Source: a virus (taxonomy: Duplodnaviria; Heunggongvirae; Uroviricota; Caudoviricetes). From it: a DNA stretch of 64,000 bases. The notes below the pieces were generated by a model. It searched no databases, had not been told where the DNA came from, and saw nothing but the letters and a program-made list of their open reading frames with translations. Numbering within the stretch: the stretch's first letter is position 1; every line of letters starts with the position of its first letter. Location of the stretch: positions 18,529 to 82,528 of the IMG/VR virus record IMGVR_UViG_2909739949_000002. One strand, 5' to 3'. Position numbers and translations under genes: made by a program. Positions 30,017-39,323 of this stretch are shown in pieces.

Positions 30017-30421
30017 ATGTCACTAGCATTTGCTTTATCTAAAGATGGTGATCTTGTATCCTTCATAGAAGGTTGTATTCCCTCTATTGAAAGGATAGAA
30101 GAGCGGTTAGTAATAGTTACTTATGAAGGTGACTGGGCTGACGAGATTACAGTAACAGGTACTAGATTATTCACTGTACCAGAATGGGATGAGCTAATTA
30201 GAAGAGTAGAAGAATACTTTTCTAATGGTGGGGAATTAAGCAAGTATATAGGCTCTAATCAGACTATATACTATAACTCCTTTAAAGAATGGAGATATTG
30301 CTATAAAGAAATGCCAGTTCATCCAGAATATGCAGACATGGTTAAAGTGCTATATAGCAATAGCATATTTAATAATGCTCAGTCTAAACATTTCTATTAT
30401 CCAGAACTAGAGGATGAATAA
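30017..30421 (+). CDS. hypothetical protein
   Basis: GGAG SD. Confidence 0.5.
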   Translation: MSLAFALSKDGDLVSFIEGCIPSIERIEERLVIVTYEGDWADEITVTGTRLFTVPEWDELIRRVEEYFSNGGELSKYIGSNQTIYYNSFKEWRYCYKEMPVHPEYADMVKVLYSNSIFNNAQSKHFYYPELEDE

Positions 30422-30552
30422 TGCCAGACTTTTATTCTTTTGTAATAGGAGCAGTAGTAGCTAGCTTAGTTATAGGAATAGTAAAAGGCAGAAAGAGAGC
30501 CAAAGAAAACTTAGTTGTAAAAGGAAGCAAAGGAAGAGCCAGTGGTAGATAG
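30421..30552 (+). CDS. small membrane protein (43 aa), not in ORF track
   Basis: TAATG coupling; TM helix then basic tail. Confidence 0.35.
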   Translation: MPDFYSFVIGAVVASLVIGIVKGRKRAKENLVVKGSKGRASGR

Positions 30553-30684
30553 GTTTATTAGATTGTTACTAAGTCCTTTATTAATAATGAAAAGGACTTT
30601 TAAATCAAATACTTTACCTCATGATTATCCTGAGTATTTAGAAGGAGATGATTGGGGTTTTCCTATTGATATAGAAGGAGACTA

Positions 30685-30927
30685 ATGGGTGACTGGTATT
30701 TAGTATTTGGATATGATTTTTACTATCCTAGAGGAGGTCTAAATGACCTTAAGTTTGAGGGTAGTAAGTATGATATAGAACAAAGAGTTCTTAAAAGAAG
30801 TGAGTACTCTGATAGATATTCAATAGATGGTAATGAATGGGATGTAGTAAAGGTTTACAAGAAAGGAGACCTAGAAGAGGTTCCCTTAAGTGAATTCAAT
30901 TTAAAAGAGGACGGAAACAGATGGTAA
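30685..30927 (+). CDS. hypothetical small protein
   Basis: AAGGAG SD. Confidence 0.45.
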   Translation: MGDWYLVFGYDFYYPRGGLNDLKFEGSKYDIEQRVLKRSEYSDRYSIDGNEWDVVKVYKKGDLEEVPLSEFNLKEDGNRW

Positions 30928-31118
30928 AAACAGCAATAATCCTTACTGGTTTTATGTTGCAAGGATTATTAAGTGTATGGGGAATACATAGTTGTGTGGC
31001 TATAATCAATAGCGCAAGCAGCTTCTATATGTGGGGTTACTTTGGGATCGTAGTAATAATTGCTTGCAATGTAGCTACTGTTTATTTCTGGATAAATAAG
31101 GCAACTTATGAAGACTAA
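30921..31118 (+). CDS. small membrane protein
   Basis: two TM helices. Confidence 0.4.
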   Translation: MVKTAIILTGFMLQGLLSVWGIHSCVAIINSASSFYMWGYFGIVVIIACNVATVYFWINKATYED

Positions 31119-31563
31119 TTTTAAACCCTTAACTAAAGCAAAAAGAAGACTAATACTAAACACCCGCCCTAGAAATCTTCTAGTAGGTGCAGTTATTCCA
31201 AATGAGAAAGGAAAGATATTACTTCTCAAAAGAAGTGAAGAAGTATGTCTACCTGGAAAATGGGAAGTACCTAGTGGAGTAGTAGACCCTAATCTAGACA
31301 TTTCTATAGCTCTTAAGGAGATATTGAATATAAGTACTGGCTTAGAAATCAATAAGATTGAAAGTCGGTTAGGAGATACAAAGGAGGTATCAATAAGAGG
31401 GTTTAATAAGATCCAGTACAATTATCTCGTTTATTGCAAGGATAGTGAAGTGGTCTTAGATAAATCTATCTACTCAGACTATAGTTGGGTTACTATATCT
31501 CATTTAGATAAGTACTTAACTACAACAGAGGCTTTAATTTTCTCAAGTGGTTTAATTGATTAA
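31108..31563 (+). CDS. Nudix-fold protein (degenerate Nudix box)
   Basis: GKWEVPSGVVDPNLDISIALKEILNISTGLE resembles Gx5Ex7REUxEExGU but lacks the REx2EE acidic residues. Confidence 0.4.
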   Translation: MKTNFKPLTKAKRRLILNTRPRNLLVGAVIPNEKGKILLLKRSEEVCLPGKWEVPSGVVDPNLDISIALKEILNISTGLEINKIESRLGDTKEVSIRGFNKIQYNYLVYCKDSEVVLDKSIYSDYSWVTISHLDKYLTTTEALIFSSGLID

Positions 31564-31573
31564 GGAAAAGAAA

Positions 31574-32449
31574 ATGGATTTACGTAAAGTATTGCTTGGT
31601 AGTTTAGTACTTTCTCTAGTTGGTTGTGGAACTATTATTAACCCTGGAGAGAAAGCATATAAAGTCTATTTAAGTGGAGAGAGTAGAGGCTTTGATAAAG
31701 CAGTAGAGATTACTGATGGCAGAGCACATGAAGGTATTGGAGAAAAGGTATACTTTATCTCTACTGCTTTGAAGAATGTAGTGTACTCAGCTAAAGCTAC
31801 TGAAGGTGGTACTGCTGACCAATCCATTAAGTTCAATGCTAAAGGTGGGGTCAAAGCTACAGGTAATGTAGCCGTCTCATACCAGATTGCAGATAAGGTA
31901 ACTATTGATGGTCAAGAGAAAGATGGAGGTAAGTTATTCTTAGCTGCTTATAAAGTAGATGATGATAACTTTGCTCAAGGAGCTCTCTTTGAAGCAGTAA
32001 GAAAGACTATTAATGAGGTAGCAGTAAAATACACTATTGATAGTATGATGGGAGCAGACCCATCAGGTAAATCCTTAGCTGACTTTCAAGGGGAAATAGA
32101 AAAAGTTCTTAATGAAAGACTCATTACTAAAGGGGTACAGATTCTATCTGTTACTTTTACTGATGGTGTAGATCCTATATCAGATAGCATTAGGAAGAGT
32201 ATTGAGAATAAACAGCAGGCTGCCCTTGAAGCTGAACAGACTGAAGCTAGGAAGAAGAAAGCTAAAGGTGAATTAGAGATTGAGCAAATAGAAGCTCAAA
32301 AGAATAAAGTTAAGTCTGGTTCCTTAACTCCTAATCTCTTAAGAGATAAGGAGTTAGACATTATTGATAAGAAGTGGGATGGGCGGTTACCAGATGGTGG
32401 TAATGGATTAACAATCCTTAAACAGCAACCAGCCCCCAAACAACAATAA
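31574..32449 (+). CDS. SPFH (band-7/prohibitin-like) domain lipoprotein
   Basis: AAGGAAAAG SD; signal peptide + lipobox LVGC; SPFH-like core followed by coiled-coil EAEQTEARKKKAKGELEIEQIEAQ. Confidence 0.5.
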   Translation: MDLRKVLLGSLVLSLVGCGTIINPGEKAYKVYLSGESRGFDKAVEITDGRAHEGIGEKVYFISTALKNVVYSAKATEGGTADQSIKFNAKGGVKATGNVAVSYQIADKVTIDGQEKDGGKLFLAAYKVDDDNFAQGALFEAVRKTINEVAVKYTIDSMMGADPSGKSLADFQGEIEKVLNERLITKGVQILSVTFTDGVDPISDSIRKSIENKQQAALEAEQTEARKKKAKGELEIEQIEAQKNKVKSGSLTPNLLRDKELDIIDKKWDGRLPDGGNGLTILKQQPAPKQQ

Positions 32450-32450
32450 C

Positions 32451-33560
32451 TTATTTCTTCTTCTCTCTTCTAGCTTCATAGAGCTGAAGTATCTCATCCC
32501 ACATATCTTCAGGGATAGGTAAAAGAATATGCCCCTCCAACTCTTCAGTTATTTCTACAAACCCCTCCATAGCTGGGAGGGGTTTAAGATCTATTAATTT
32601 CTTAAGGGCATTTACTTTTAGACCAGTTTTAGGTTTAGCTCTAGGTGGTGGAGAAGGTGAAGAAGTAGTTTGTTCATTAGGTAGCTGAGGTTTAACTATA
32701 ACTTCAGTTACCTCAGTAGGTGGCAGAGTTAAGGAAGGGGGTTCTTTAAGAGTATGAAAGTATTCTTTAATATATCTTTCACTAGCTTTAACATAACCTT
32801 CCCCCTTAGCTTGCTCTACTGCCTGAATAATACCAGCAGCAAACTGAGCTGATGTCCACTCTAATCTCTTAGATTCTGCGATCGCATTTCTGAGAGTAGT
32901 TACAGCTATATCTCCCTTAATCAAAAGGTTTTGAACATTTGATGGTTGACCTGCAACCATCATTAAGGTGTCATATTCATTAGAAGTAATACCTACAGCT
33001 TCCATGAATTGTTCTTTAGAATAACCTCGATTAATAAACCGTTGTATTAATGAAGACTTCTCTACTGGGTTAAGATTCTTTTTACCATCACCCCACATGT
33101 CAAGTTCTTCTGTTTCCCAAGAAGTTCCATGACCAATAGTAGTAATGATTGTAGGAATAGTAAGTATATTACAGCCTTCTTGATTGAGCTGCCATACACT
33201 TAGATGTCTTCTATGTCCATCTTTAGGAGCTAAATAATTTCCATCAAGAATTGCCTTGATAGGTTCAGTTACTCCTCCTCTAGCTCTTATCTTAAGTTTC
33301 AGATCTTCTAATTCACCTGATTCAATACCATAGTCTTTCCTAACATTCCAGGAATGTTTCTCTAATAAAGATAAGACTTCTGGGGTATAAGCTAGTGGAG
33401 CCCCTTCAGAACCTTCTACTCTATGTAATTTATTATCTACACCTACATAAAGTTTTGGGCCTATGAAATCCCCATTGATAAGTCTCAAAGAAAATAAATC
33501 AATAGGTACCTGTATTATCTCTCCAGAGATTTTACCAGCAACTCTACCTGCCCTAGACAC
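32451..33560 (-). CDS. ParB-like nuclease domain protein (tentative)
   Basis: minus-strand ORF 369 aa; ILDGNYLAPKDGHRRHLS resembles ParB/Srx DGHHR motif; Pro/Ser-rich linker. Confidence 0.35.
   Translation of the reverse strand: MSRAGRVAGKISGEIIQVPIDLFSLRLINGDFIGPKLYVGVDNKLHRVEGSEGAPLAYTPEVLSLLEKHSWNVRKDYGIESGELEDLKLKIRARGGVTEPIKAILDGNYLAPKDGHRRHLSVWQLNQEGCNILTIPTIITTIGHGTSWETEELDMWGDGKKNLNPVEKSSLIQRFINRGYSKEQFMEAVGITSNEYDTLMMVAGQPSNVQNLLIKGDIAVTTLRNAIAESKRLEWTSAQFAAGIIQAVEQAKGEGYVKASERYIKEYFHTLKEPPSLTLPPTEVTEVIVKPQLPNEQTTSSPSPPPRAKPKTGLKVNALKKLIDLKPLPAMEGFVEITEELEGHILLPIPEDMWDEILQLYEARREKKK
32878..32885. repeat. HIP1 octamer GCGATCGC
   Basis: exact palindrome; 5 copies in window (145, 26119, 32878, 50005, 61091). 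Confidence 0.9.
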
Positions 33561-33817
33561 ATGCGTACTCCTTGACTAATAACGGCGTACTACTCAGTCT
33601 ACATAGAGCAGGTAACAGGTCTAGTAATTGTAATAAAACTTAAGGAAAGGTAAATGAAAAGTATCAAGAAGATATTTAGGAATGAATTGTACTGGTTTGC
33701 TATCTCTGTCTGCTTTTTATTAATAGGCACATTTACTTCAGTGGATAAAGTAGCAGCAGGTATAGGATTTGCAATTAGTTATTCAATAGGTTTAGTAATT
33801 GGATTTAGGAAAAAGAA

Positions 33818-34027
33818 ATGAGAAAACAAGCAAGTTTATTAGAAATAGTAGTTAGAAGTCTGTCTAAAAGAATAGAGAAACCTATTATGGGGCTAATAGA
33901 TTTAATGCTTCTACTATATTTCACTAAAGAATATGGAGTTGAGATTACTATTAGCTTATGGCTTTTGATTAATGTATTAAGTTGGACATGGAATTATTAC
34001 TATCCAGAAGACTTTGGAGATAAATAA
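33818..34027 (+). CDS. small membrane protein
   Basis: TM helices. Confidence 0.4.
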   Translation: MRKQASLLEIVVRSLSKRIEKPIMGLIDLMLLLYFTKEYGVEITISLWLLINVLSWTWNYYYPEDFGDK

Positions 34028-35184
34028 TGCTTTCAATTAGAGATTGGGAATTAATCCATTGTAATAATGGATTTGCAAACATTAGATGTGATGATTATCC
34101 TATCAAATGGTGGGAAGATAGAGATGGTAATGTCTACAGATATGCAGTAGACATTAGACTAATTAATTGGTGGATAGAAACTAGTAAAGAGAGCGCTCTT
34201 AAAGCAATTCTAGAAGAGAATGGTGAGAATGAATTCTCTAGAAACTTATATCTATTTACTAGTAAGGCAATAGAAACAAACTATTATTTGCTAGCTAAAG
34301 AAGTATGTGGTAGAGATAATCCTAATCTAAGTTTTATTAATCTTATTAGAGATAATCAAGAGTGGTATAGCTTAGAAGATTGGGAGAAGTTTCAGAAGGT
34401 AATAGGTTCATTCCCGTTAAGAGTTATGACTAGTGCCATCTTATTGTGTGAGAAGATATTCTACTCATGGAATAAAGATAAGGTATATCATGCTTTTGAA
34501 TATAAGGAGAAAGGGGGACTTAGTTTCTATTGGAGATATAGTCAATGGTTCTGGGATAATCATCTTAGGATTAGTATGGCGGCTCCTAAGAAACTTACCT
34601 TTGATAACTTCCAATTAGGTACTGAGTTATCTATAGGAGGAATGGAAGAGTCTATTGGTATAGGTATTTATCTGTGGATAGTTAATATATATCTAACTCT
34701 AGAGTTAAATAAGTTCTTTAAGAATGAAGAGTTATATCTAACTGGATTCCAATTCTTCTCTGAACTATTCTGGATTAAGTTATGGCATCCAGATAGTCAG
34801 TATGGTAAAAGAATGTGGACTATTAGATGGTTAGATATTCTTCTAGGAAATTTAGTATTCCAGAGAAGTAAGGTATTTGATACTGCTATAGCAATAAACT
34901 TACCTGAGAGTAACTATAATGCTCGTCTTCTAGTAGAAAAGAATACTAGATATAGAAGATGGGGACTCTTTAAGGAAGAATATCTTACCTATGATGTAGA
35001 AATAAAAGAACCAGGTGGCATTCCTATGCCTGGTGATAGTGACTCTGATTACTATGATGGGGACGATGCGATTTATAGAAGAGGAGGAAGATTAGAAAGT
35101 ACTATTAGTGAGGCGCTAGAAGAAATAGTTAGTGACATTATGACTAAGAGAAACAAAGCGGGCTGGTATAATGACGTACTCTAA
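34027..35184 (+). CDS. hypothetical protein (385 aa), Trp-rich
   Basis: GGAG SD; ATAATG coupling. Confidence 0.5.
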   Translation: MLSIRDWELIHCNNGFANIRCDDYPIKWWEDRDGNVYRYAVDIRLINWWIETSKESALKAILEENGENEFSRNLYLFTSKAIETNYYLLAKEVCGRDNPNLSFINLIRDNQEWYSLEDWEKFQKVIGSFPLRVMTSAILLCEKIFYSWNKDKVYHAFEYKEKGGLSFYWRYSQWFWDNHLRISMAAPKKLTFDNFQLGTELSIGGMEESIGIGIYLWIVNIYLTLELNKFFKNEELYLTGFQFFSELFWIKLWHPDSQYGKRMWTIRWLDILLGNLVFQRSKVFDTAIAINLPESNYNARLLVEKNTRYRRWGLFKEEYLTYDVEIKEPGGIPMPGDSDSDYYDGDDAIYRRGGRLESTISEALEEIVSDIMTKRNKAGWYNDVL

Positions 35185-35464
35185 TTGGAATCCTAATGTA
35201 TCTACTAGAGATATAGTTAACTCTCTACAGAAGACTATAGAAGATTTAGAAATCAATGGGCCTATTCCCATAGCAGTGGGAATTGAAGAAGATAAATTCA
35301 ATGAGCTTACTTCTTATTTCCAGAAGGTAAACGGTAATTATCCTTCTTACTATGGAGTAAGAGCCTATCCTATGAGGGGATTAGATATTCCCTTTAAGAG
35401 TTACTACAACGAAGAGGATCTGAAATTAGATTTAAGTATTTACGGAGTAGATAATGAAAAGTAG
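35171..35464 (+). CDS. hypothetical small protein
   Basis: overlapping start. Confidence 0.4.
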   Translation: MTYSNWNPNVSTRDIVNSLQKTIEDLEINGPIPIAVGIEEDKFNELTSYFQKVNGNYPSYYGVRAYPMRGLDIPFKSYYNEEDLKLDLSIYGVDNEK

Positions 35465-35963
35465 TCGGATAGTTGCATTAATAGTTGGACTAACTAGTAT
35501 AAGTGCTATTAATATTAGCTCTATTCTAGTAACTAATGTGGTGATAGATAGTCAGTATAAGAAGCCGCTTAGTTATGCTGTAGGTAGTACATATCCTCAA
35601 GATACAATAGATGGACTTCAACAAGTAAAGAAATGGTTTGAAGATAACTATATAACTCAAGGGAGTACATGTATCTATATAGATAATCCCTATTGTGATT
35701 TAAGTAAGTTCTATCATACTAGAATAGTAAAATCTATTGAGCTGCTTGAAGAAATAAAAGAAAAGAATGATCCATTAGCTACAAGTAATCTACTTCTCCA
35801 AATAAAAGATAGCTTCCATAATAAAGGAGAACTGATAGAACCAGAGAATCTTAATCTACGTCTTAGATGGGGTGGATATTCTATAGTTGGATGGTGGATA
35901 GATTTACTTAGCTATGTAATATTAATAGCAGGTGCGACTTTAGTAATATCCCTACTAAGATAG
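35454..35963 (+). CDS. hypothetical protein with N- and C-terminal TM
   Basis: coupled start. Confidence 0.45.
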   Translation: MKSSRIVALIVGLTSISAINISSILVTNVVIDSQYKKPLSYAVGSTYPQDTIDGLQQVKKWFEDNYITQGSTCIYIDNPYCDLSKFYHTRIVKSIELLEEIKEKNDPLATSNLLLQIKDSFHNKGELIEPENLNLRLRWGGYSIVGWWIDLLSYVILIAGATLVISLLR

Positions 35964-35966
35964 AAC

Positions 35967-36404
35967 ATGTTATTAGATCAATGGATTCAATATAGTCCTC
36001 AGTATATCTACTTGAAAGGTTATACTGAGGACTTTTTTCCTTTTACTTATTTAGATTGGGATGAAGTAAAGGATGCTGAAAGTGAAGATGAGAATATAAC
36101 TTTCTTAGGGGTTAAGATGTTAGGGAATCATACAGATAAAGAATTCCCTAATTATTCTTATCATCTAGTGTTAAGAAATAGTAGGTTAATAGCTAAGGGG
36201 TATGGACAGAATAGAAGAAATATAGCACCTCAGTTACCAGGAACTATATTAGTAATCGATAGCTGGAAGTATCATCATGTTACTTGGGATAAGAGATTAA
36301 AGAGTAAAGAGGATCCCTTATGGATCTCTGCTTGTTTTGATAGTAATGAGTTAATAAGTAGGGACAGAATAATAGAAGTATTTAATAACTTCTTGGAGAA
36401 TTAG
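35967..36404 (+). CDS. hypothetical protein
   Basis: ORF 145 aa. Confidence 0.45.
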   Translation: MLLDQWIQYSPQYIYLKGYTEDFFPFTYLDWDEVKDAESEDENITFLGVKMLGNHTDKEFPNYSYHLVLRNSRLIAKGYGQNRRNIAPQLPGTILVIDSWKYHHVTWDKRLKSKEDPLWISACFDSNELISRDRIIEVFNNFLEN

Positions 36405-36406
36405 AA

Positions 36407-37186
36407 ATGAAAGACGCATTGGGAGATAGAATGAAGGAATTCTATGAGAATGTTTATAGAATTCATTTAACTAGAAGAACTCCTGTAATTCTAAGACTAG
36501 ATGGTAAGTCCTTCCATACTTACTGTAAATCTCTGAAGGATAGGTTTAATAAAGGATTCATGAGATGTATGGATCTAACTGCTATTAGATTAATGGGGGA
36601 GATACAGGGAGCCCAGCTTGCTTTTGTGCAGAGTGATGAGATTAGTATTCTTCTACATGATTATAAGAAACTAACATCTGAAGCATGGATGAAGAATAAT
36701 ATTCAGAAGATGGTTAGTATTAGTGCAGCTATAGCTTCAGTAGAGTTTACTAAGAATAGTCCTATCATTTGGGGATTTAAAGAACTAGATGACGGCTCCT
36801 CTATACCTATAACCAAAGAAGCATACTTTGATAGTAGAGTATTTACTATCCCAGAAGCGGAAGTATGTAATTACTTTATCTGGAGACAGAATGATGCAAC
36901 TAGAAACTCTATTCTTTCTTTAGGTCAAAGTCTCTTTTCACACAAACAGTTACAAGGATTGAACTGTTCTATAATTCAAGATATATGTCATGATAAAGGA
37001 CATAACTGGAATGATTTACCTACTAGTCATAAGAGAGGTAGATGCATAGTTAAAAAGTACCACAACTTTGTATCAGAAGGTGGAGTAGAGACTATAAGAA
37101 GTAAATGGGTAGTAGACGAAGAAATACCTATCTTTACTCAAGATAGAAACTATATAAATAAGTATTTGGCGGTTGATAATAGTTAA
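36407..37186 (+). CDS. Thg1-like protein (tRNA-His guanylyltransferase family; 3'-5' nucleotidyltransferase)
   Basis: GGAG SD; VILRLDGKSFHTY, AFVQSDEISILL, FDSRVFTIP, YFIWRQNDATRNS match Thg1 motifs including the catalytic Asp positions. Confidence 0.8.
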   Translation: MKDALGDRMKEFYENVYRIHLTRRTPVILRLDGKSFHTYCKSLKDRFNKGFMRCMDLTAIRLMGEIQGAQLAFVQSDEISILLHDYKKLTSEAWMKNNIQKMVSISAAIASVEFTKNSPIIWGFKELDDGSSIPITKEAYFDSRVFTIPEAEVCNYFIWRQNDATRNSILSLGQSLFSHKQLQGLNCSIIQDICHDKGHNWNDLPTSHKRGRCIVKKYHNFVSEGGVETIRSKWVVDEEIPIFTQDRNYINKYLAVDNS

Positions 37187-37191
37187 CTTTT

Positions 37192-37240
37192 CATATATCT
37201 ATTAGATAATAGGAAATAACCTTTAACTAATAGATATATG
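37192..37240. repeat. 14-bp perfect hairpin CATATATCTATTAG...CTAATAGATATATG (family B)
   Basis: immediately after Thg1-like stop. Confidence 0.55.
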
Positions 37241-37927
37241 GAATACCCAACATTTGTCAGTAGAATATATGACTGCTTAGGAATTGAAGAGAAAGATATA
37301 AATAATAACTATAAAGATTATATCCATATTAATAGTGAAACTTTATCTAAAGAAGATTATAGAAACTTTATAGATAAATGGTTCTCTATTTATAAAGAGG
37401 ATTCTATACTTTATGAAACTATGATGAATAGAAAGAATCTTCTTATAAAAAGAATAGAGGGCGGTTATAGAATAAGTAATTCTATAATAAATGATTTTTT
37501 TATACTAGCTGTATCTTGTTATTACATAGAGAATATAGCTAGCACTTCAGAATATGGTAATAAAAGTCATAGAGCTATGGTTATATACCACGCAGATAGG
37601 TATAAGATGAATTTACCTATAAGTGAATTAAGGTTTTATAATCATGTTCTAAAGAGGATATATAAGAAGAATCGTAGAATTTATATAAACATAAAAACTT
37701 TAGAGAAGTGCTATAAAGACTGGATAGATATAAAAGGACAGGTATCTAAAGAAATAACTAAGAGAATGATTGATAATGGAATATTAATTGTCACACATGG
37801 AGGTACTAAAGTTACTTATAGTAGTTTAAAGATAGCTAGGGTGATAAGACATCTTAGAGAAAAAGATCTACTATTAAATGAACAGAAGAATTTATTAAAT
37901 GAATTATACAGAAGAAGATATTTATAA
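37238..37927 (+). CDS. hypothetical protein
   Basis: ORF 229 aa. Confidence 0.45.
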   Translation: MEYPTFVSRIYDCLGIEEKDINNNYKDYIHINSETLSKEDYRNFIDKWFSIYKEDSILYETMMNRKNLLIKRIEGGYRISNSIINDFFILAVSCYYIENIASTSEYGNKSHRAMVIYHADRYKMNLPISELRFYNHVLKRIYKKNRRIYINIKTLEKCYKDWIDIKGQVSKEITKRMIDNGILIVTHGGTKVTYSSLKIARVIRHLREKDLLLNEQKNLLNELYRRRYL

Positions 37928-38468
37928 TCTACCTATTAGAAAAGTAATAACTAAAGAACAAGTCCTTTTACTGTTAATAAACAATACTACTAACTATTTA
38001 GAAGAGTTAGGTAATTGGACAGTAGTTAATGTTAACTCCCTAATAGAATTTCAGAGACAAGATAAAGTAGTAGTTAACATTCTATTTAATAGAACACATA
38101 ATAGCTTTCAGAGATCTCAGTCAGTAGATCAATGGGTATTAGCTAGTGTGTACTATGATGAGCAGCCTGTAATGATTATCAGGAATATAGTATGGAGGGA
38201 AGATGGATGCCCGCTTAAATTTATTACTGATATAGATAAATATAAGTTAATGATTAAATATCTATTCTCATTTATTAGAAAAGAAGGTACAGGAATAGAT
38301 ACTCCCAGAGATGGAATAGATGCAGATATAGTAGAAGGATTATATAAGTTTGCTGGAGCTGGTGTTCTGGAATGGATACAAGAGATAGATAGACCCAACT
38401 ATAGTCCAGAACAATTTAGTAAGGCTATGAAGAGAGTGTTAGATATTAATAAAGTATGGGGTATGTGA
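37899..38468 (+). CDS. hypothetical protein
   Basis: overlapping start. Confidence 0.45.
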   Translation: MNYTEEDIYNLPIRKVITKEQVLLLLINNTTNYLEELGNWTVVNVNSLIEFQRQDKVVVNILFNRTHNSFQRSQSVDQWVLASVYYDEQPVMIIRNIVWREDGCPLKFITDIDKYKLMIKYLFSFIRKEGTGIDTPRDGIDADIVEGLYKFAGAGVLEWIQEIDRPNYSPEQFSKAMKRVLDINKVWGM

Positions 38469-38469
38469 T

Positions 38470-38655
38470 ATGGAAGGAAAAAATAGAAGATTAATAAATT
38501 GTAGATGGGAAGGTTTAGTACCTAGACCTGAGGAATATCTAGAAGAGAAAGTAGAACAAGGAATAATATCTAAGCAAGAAGCAGAACAGATAGAGAAACT
38601 AAGTTCTATTATTCTTGAGCTAGAAGAGTTGAAAGATAAGAATAAACCAGAGTAG
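38470..38655 (+). CDS. hypothetical small protein
   Basis: coupled. Confidence 0.4.
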   Translation: MEGKNRRLINCRWEGLVPRPEEYLEEKVEQGIISKQEAEQIEKLSSIILELEELKDKNKPE

Positions 38656-38660
38656 TAAAA

Positions 38661-38690
38661 TGAGGCGGCTATTTATGCCGCCTCATTAAT
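38661..38690 (+). terminator. TGAGGCGGC-TATTTAT-GCCGCCTCA hairpin + AT-rich tail
   Basis: 9-bp stem after stop. Confidence 0.5.
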
Positions 38691-38711
38691 TTAAAGGACA
38701 TGTAAGAAGAG

Positions 38712-39323
38712 ATGAGTGATATAAGACCACCACATAGAAAAGGAAGATGGAGCCAAAAGAGTTCTGATTATGATTACGAATATGATCCTAATGAAAGTAG
38801 CTGGACTACTTGTAGCTACGATAAAGATGGAAAGTTAGTAGAACATACTACTTATTATAGTAATGATGAGGATTATAACAAACGTAGTGCTTCTTTATTC
38901 ATAAGAATAGTTAGATATGTCTTCGGGTTTGGAATTAGCTATAAGAATATTACTTATGAATATAGTACTGCCGGAGAAGGAGAAGAGGCTTGTTTAGAAT
39001 ATCTAGATGTCCCCTTAAGTGAGAAACCATCTTCAGAAGAGATAGTACAGAAGAAGAAAGATAGAATATTTAAAAGAAAGTGGTGGGACTGGGCATTACA
39101 AACCTTTGGTAAGAATTCCCCAATAGAAGGGGATGCACTAGATTACTACGATATTATTTCAGATGGAGGAGAAATAGAAGATGACCCCAACACTTACGAG
39201 CTAGTAGAGAAAATATTAAATGGTGAATCAATTGCAGAGTATATAGAGGATACTGATTTCCCTGAAGAATATTTCTACGACTCTAGTGAGTATCAAGAGG
39301 AGGATATATATGACGATTACTAA
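38712..39323 (+). CDS. hypothetical acidic protein
   Basis: ORF 203 aa. Confidence 0.45.
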   Translation: MSDIRPPHRKGRWSQKSSDYDYEYDPNESSWTTCSYDKDGKLVEHTTYYSNDEDYNKRSASLFIRIVRYVFGFGISYKNITYEYSTAGEGEEACLEYLDVPLSEKPSSEEIVQKKKDRIFKRKWWDWALQTFGKNSPIEGDALDYYDIISDGGEIEDDPNTYELVEKILNGESIAEYIEDTDFPEEYFYDSSEYQEEDIYDDY

